Assembly (NCBI GenBank): GCA_964016885.1
Contig: OZ024743.1
Location: 152,582,001 to 152,646,000 of the forward strand
DNA from: Eledone cirrhosa
Taxonomy: Eukaryota
Reading direction: 5' to 3'
DNA: 64,000 nucleotides
The translations under genes and the position numbers were made by a program. The notes beneath the pieces were generated by a model. The model saw nothing but the letters and a program-made list of their open reading frames with translations. It was not told where the DNA came from and did not search any database. Positions 61,817 to 64,000 of this stretch are shown here, one piece after another (position 1 is the first letter of the stretch; every line of letters starts with the position of its first letter).

Positions 61817-62290
61817 TACATATACATGTACGTATACGTATTGTATATTAAATAATATACAGGATGTTTACGAAAGACATTTGCAGGCCTTTTGCTATGA
61901 ATGTTTAAAGTTGTGACAAATGACACATACCTAGTCTCAGCAAAAGCAAGGGGAAGTAAGCGCCAATGCATCAATTCTCGCTCTTTTGCATATATCAAGA
62001 CTACATATCTCCTGATTTCTGCTTATGCTTATGAGCTGATAAACTCAGTTGCATACAGAAACATGGGCAGAAATCTATAAGTTCCTAGCTTATTTTAACC
62101 TCAGCAGAAGTCGGGAGATATGTAGTCTTGATAAATAGAAAACAGCAAAAACGATGCCTTATTGATTACTTCACCCTGCTTTTGCTGAGGTTAGGTATGT
62201 GATGTTTGTCATAACTTTAAAAAAGCCTTCAAATGTGTTTCATAAACATCTTGTATATTATTCAATATACAATACATACATTTATATGTA
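61817..62290. mobile_element. Foldback/MITE-like element with ~200-bp imperfect inverted arms
   Basis: 61817-62023 is the reverse complement of 62103-62290 (e.g. atcaagactacatatctcc / ggagatatgtagtcttgat). Confidence 0.8.
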
Positions 62291-62516
62291 AAATTAGATT
62301 ATTTTTCACAGCACAGATTTGCTGGTTATTATGCATTTGCAATTTACTCCTGGTATTAAAAGGATTGCCCATCTCTGCTTTATATGTTCTCTTATTCTGC
62401 TAAAAATAGCAACGAAACCTTTCTCAAATGGCATCCTATCATTTTAAAAAATGTAACAAGATAAATATGTGAGATAATGAAAACCTAAATTCATTATGCT
62501 TGAACAATGAATGGGA

Positions 62517-62790
62517 ATGGCTTAGGGGTTAAGGTGTTTGGTACATGATCTTAAGGTCATGGATTTCATTCCTGGTAATGCATTGTGTCCTTGAGTAAGA
62601 CCTTTTATTTCATGGCTGCTCCAGTTTACTCAGTTGGCAAACATTAGTTGTTCCTATGATTCAAAGGGCCAGCCTTGTCACACACTGTGTCATGCTGAAT
62701 CTCTCTGAGATTTGCATTAAGGGTACATGTGTCTATGGAATGCTCTGCCAATTGCACATTAAATTAACAAACAGGCCATACCATTGATCA
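62517..62790 (+). mobile_element. CORE-like tRNA SINE, diverged
   Basis: tggcttaggggtta head, tgtgtccttgagtaagac, gctccagtttactcag. Confidence 0.6.
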
Positions 62791-62894
62791 AACAACTGAA
62801 ACACTTCTTGTTGGAACTGGCAGAGTTCAGGCACATGTCTGAACAAAAGTATGGGAGGTTTACAATCTCCAGTGGCAACCATGTGCATTTAGTG

Positions 62895-63050
62895 ACTAAC
62901 CCGGGTTTCACTGCTCATAGGGCTGAAGAGGGCATACTGTTGAAATATCGGTTGCTCTCTAATAAGTTTGGAGTTGAGCCTGTGGCAGTGGAGACCTCTG
63001 GCATTCTTGGCTCCTTGACCACACTCCTACTTACTACTATCGGGGTGGAG
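62895..63050 (+). pseudogene. CRE-clade-like RLE endonuclease fragment
   Basis: PGFTAHRAEE..KY..LSNKF.VEPVAVETSGILG..T..LL..IG resembles the C-terminal RLE motif of CRE-clade elements. Confidence 0.6.
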
Positions 63051-63391
63051 TTGTTTAACTGTGTTATTGCTATTCCCATGCATCTCCCTTACCATTCTCT
63101 GGGGCAACATTTTCTCCACTCTGTCCACTGGGACCACAAGGTGGCATACAAATGTCCCCCATCCCTTAACACTAAGCATTAAAGTATTATGTTACATCCT
63201 CACTTGCTAACAAATATTGCTTATTGACCCAAGACCTAGGTGAAAGTGTAATTTATATATTTCCTTTTAAATATTTTTCGTCTTGTAGTTGATTTTGTTG
63301 TAGTTGTTGTTTCCTTTGTTGTGGTTGTTATATTTAACCAATTCAGATATTATACCCCATTTCAGTCACAAGTTACACATAATACAGTCTC

Positions 63392-63426
<35 letters not shown>

Positions 63427-64000
63427 CATTTATGATAACACACACCCACATCCACACCTATACACACATCATCATCATTTGATCATAGTATATACTGGTC
63501 TTAAACAACAGCAAAAATGTTCAAATCTGTAACCTATACCCTAATTTATTTTATATAGTAATTTGTGAACAACATTTATTGTTTACAGATCTACATAGAC
63601 CAATCTCTGCTTGACTATAATTCTGATTGAAATTATGTCAAAGGAGTGTCACTGCTTGTTCAGTTTCCAGTTAATGTTTAGAACTATCATTAATATATCA
63701 CATGCACATCCGGCTCATGCATACATGCACACACTCATACCTATATATGTTGGGCTTCTGCACAGCTTCCATCTATCAAGATTTACTAACAAGTATTTAT
63801 GTCATACTGATGTCAGTTTTTCATTTTGAGAGCATTGAAATAAGTACCAAATAAAATACCAGTGTCAATATAATCAAATAAAAAAATGACTAGAGATGAT
63901 GCAGAAGCATGGCCACAGTTAAAGGACTGAAACCAGTAGAAGAAGGATAGAAAGAGAACTCACCCATAAGCTTATAAATGTTCATGATGAAACAAATTGA

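Noticed and set aside
59600-64000. Host protein-coding exons in the less repetitive stretches (also 18300-20550, 37500-38700)
   Set aside because: Only short low-complexity ORFs with no recognisable domain. Small exons cannot be excluded without RNA-seq.

Overview
AT-rich eukaryotic (animal) repeat DNA with no recognisable host exon. The element mix (RTE-BovB-like LINEs with (GAT)n tails, Dong/R4, CORE-like and other tRNA-derived SINEs) suggests a cephalopod/octopus genome, which is inference. Most of 1-18.3 kb, 20.6-37.5 kb and 47-59.3 kb is a pile-up of retroelements inserted into (TAA)n/(ATT)n microsatellite. Three groups are involved: at least four Dong/R4 families (RT plus restriction-like endonuclease), three or more Tx1-clade L1-like families (APE, RT, CCHC ORF1) and a tRNA-derived SINE. 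They follow a strict polarity rule: Dong reads into (TAA)n, while Tx1 and the SINE read into (ATT)n. The Tx1 families and the SINE share a covarying 3' stem-loop with a YUUGU loop just before the (ATT)n tail, and the same hairpin recurs in the Tx1 5' UTR. This suggests a microsatellite-targeted Tx1/SINE partnership. The Tx1 ORF1 stop lies within a 52-53 nt GT-AG segment whose removal would fuse ORF1 to ORF2 in frame. At 38.7-46.2 kb a Buster/Charlie hAT transposon (8-bp TSD ATCTAGAT) sits inside a PHD-finger RTE, which itself appears to sit inside an older RTE. A foldback/MITE-like element and a CRE-like RLE fragment lie near the right end. Boundaries of degraded copies are approximate.
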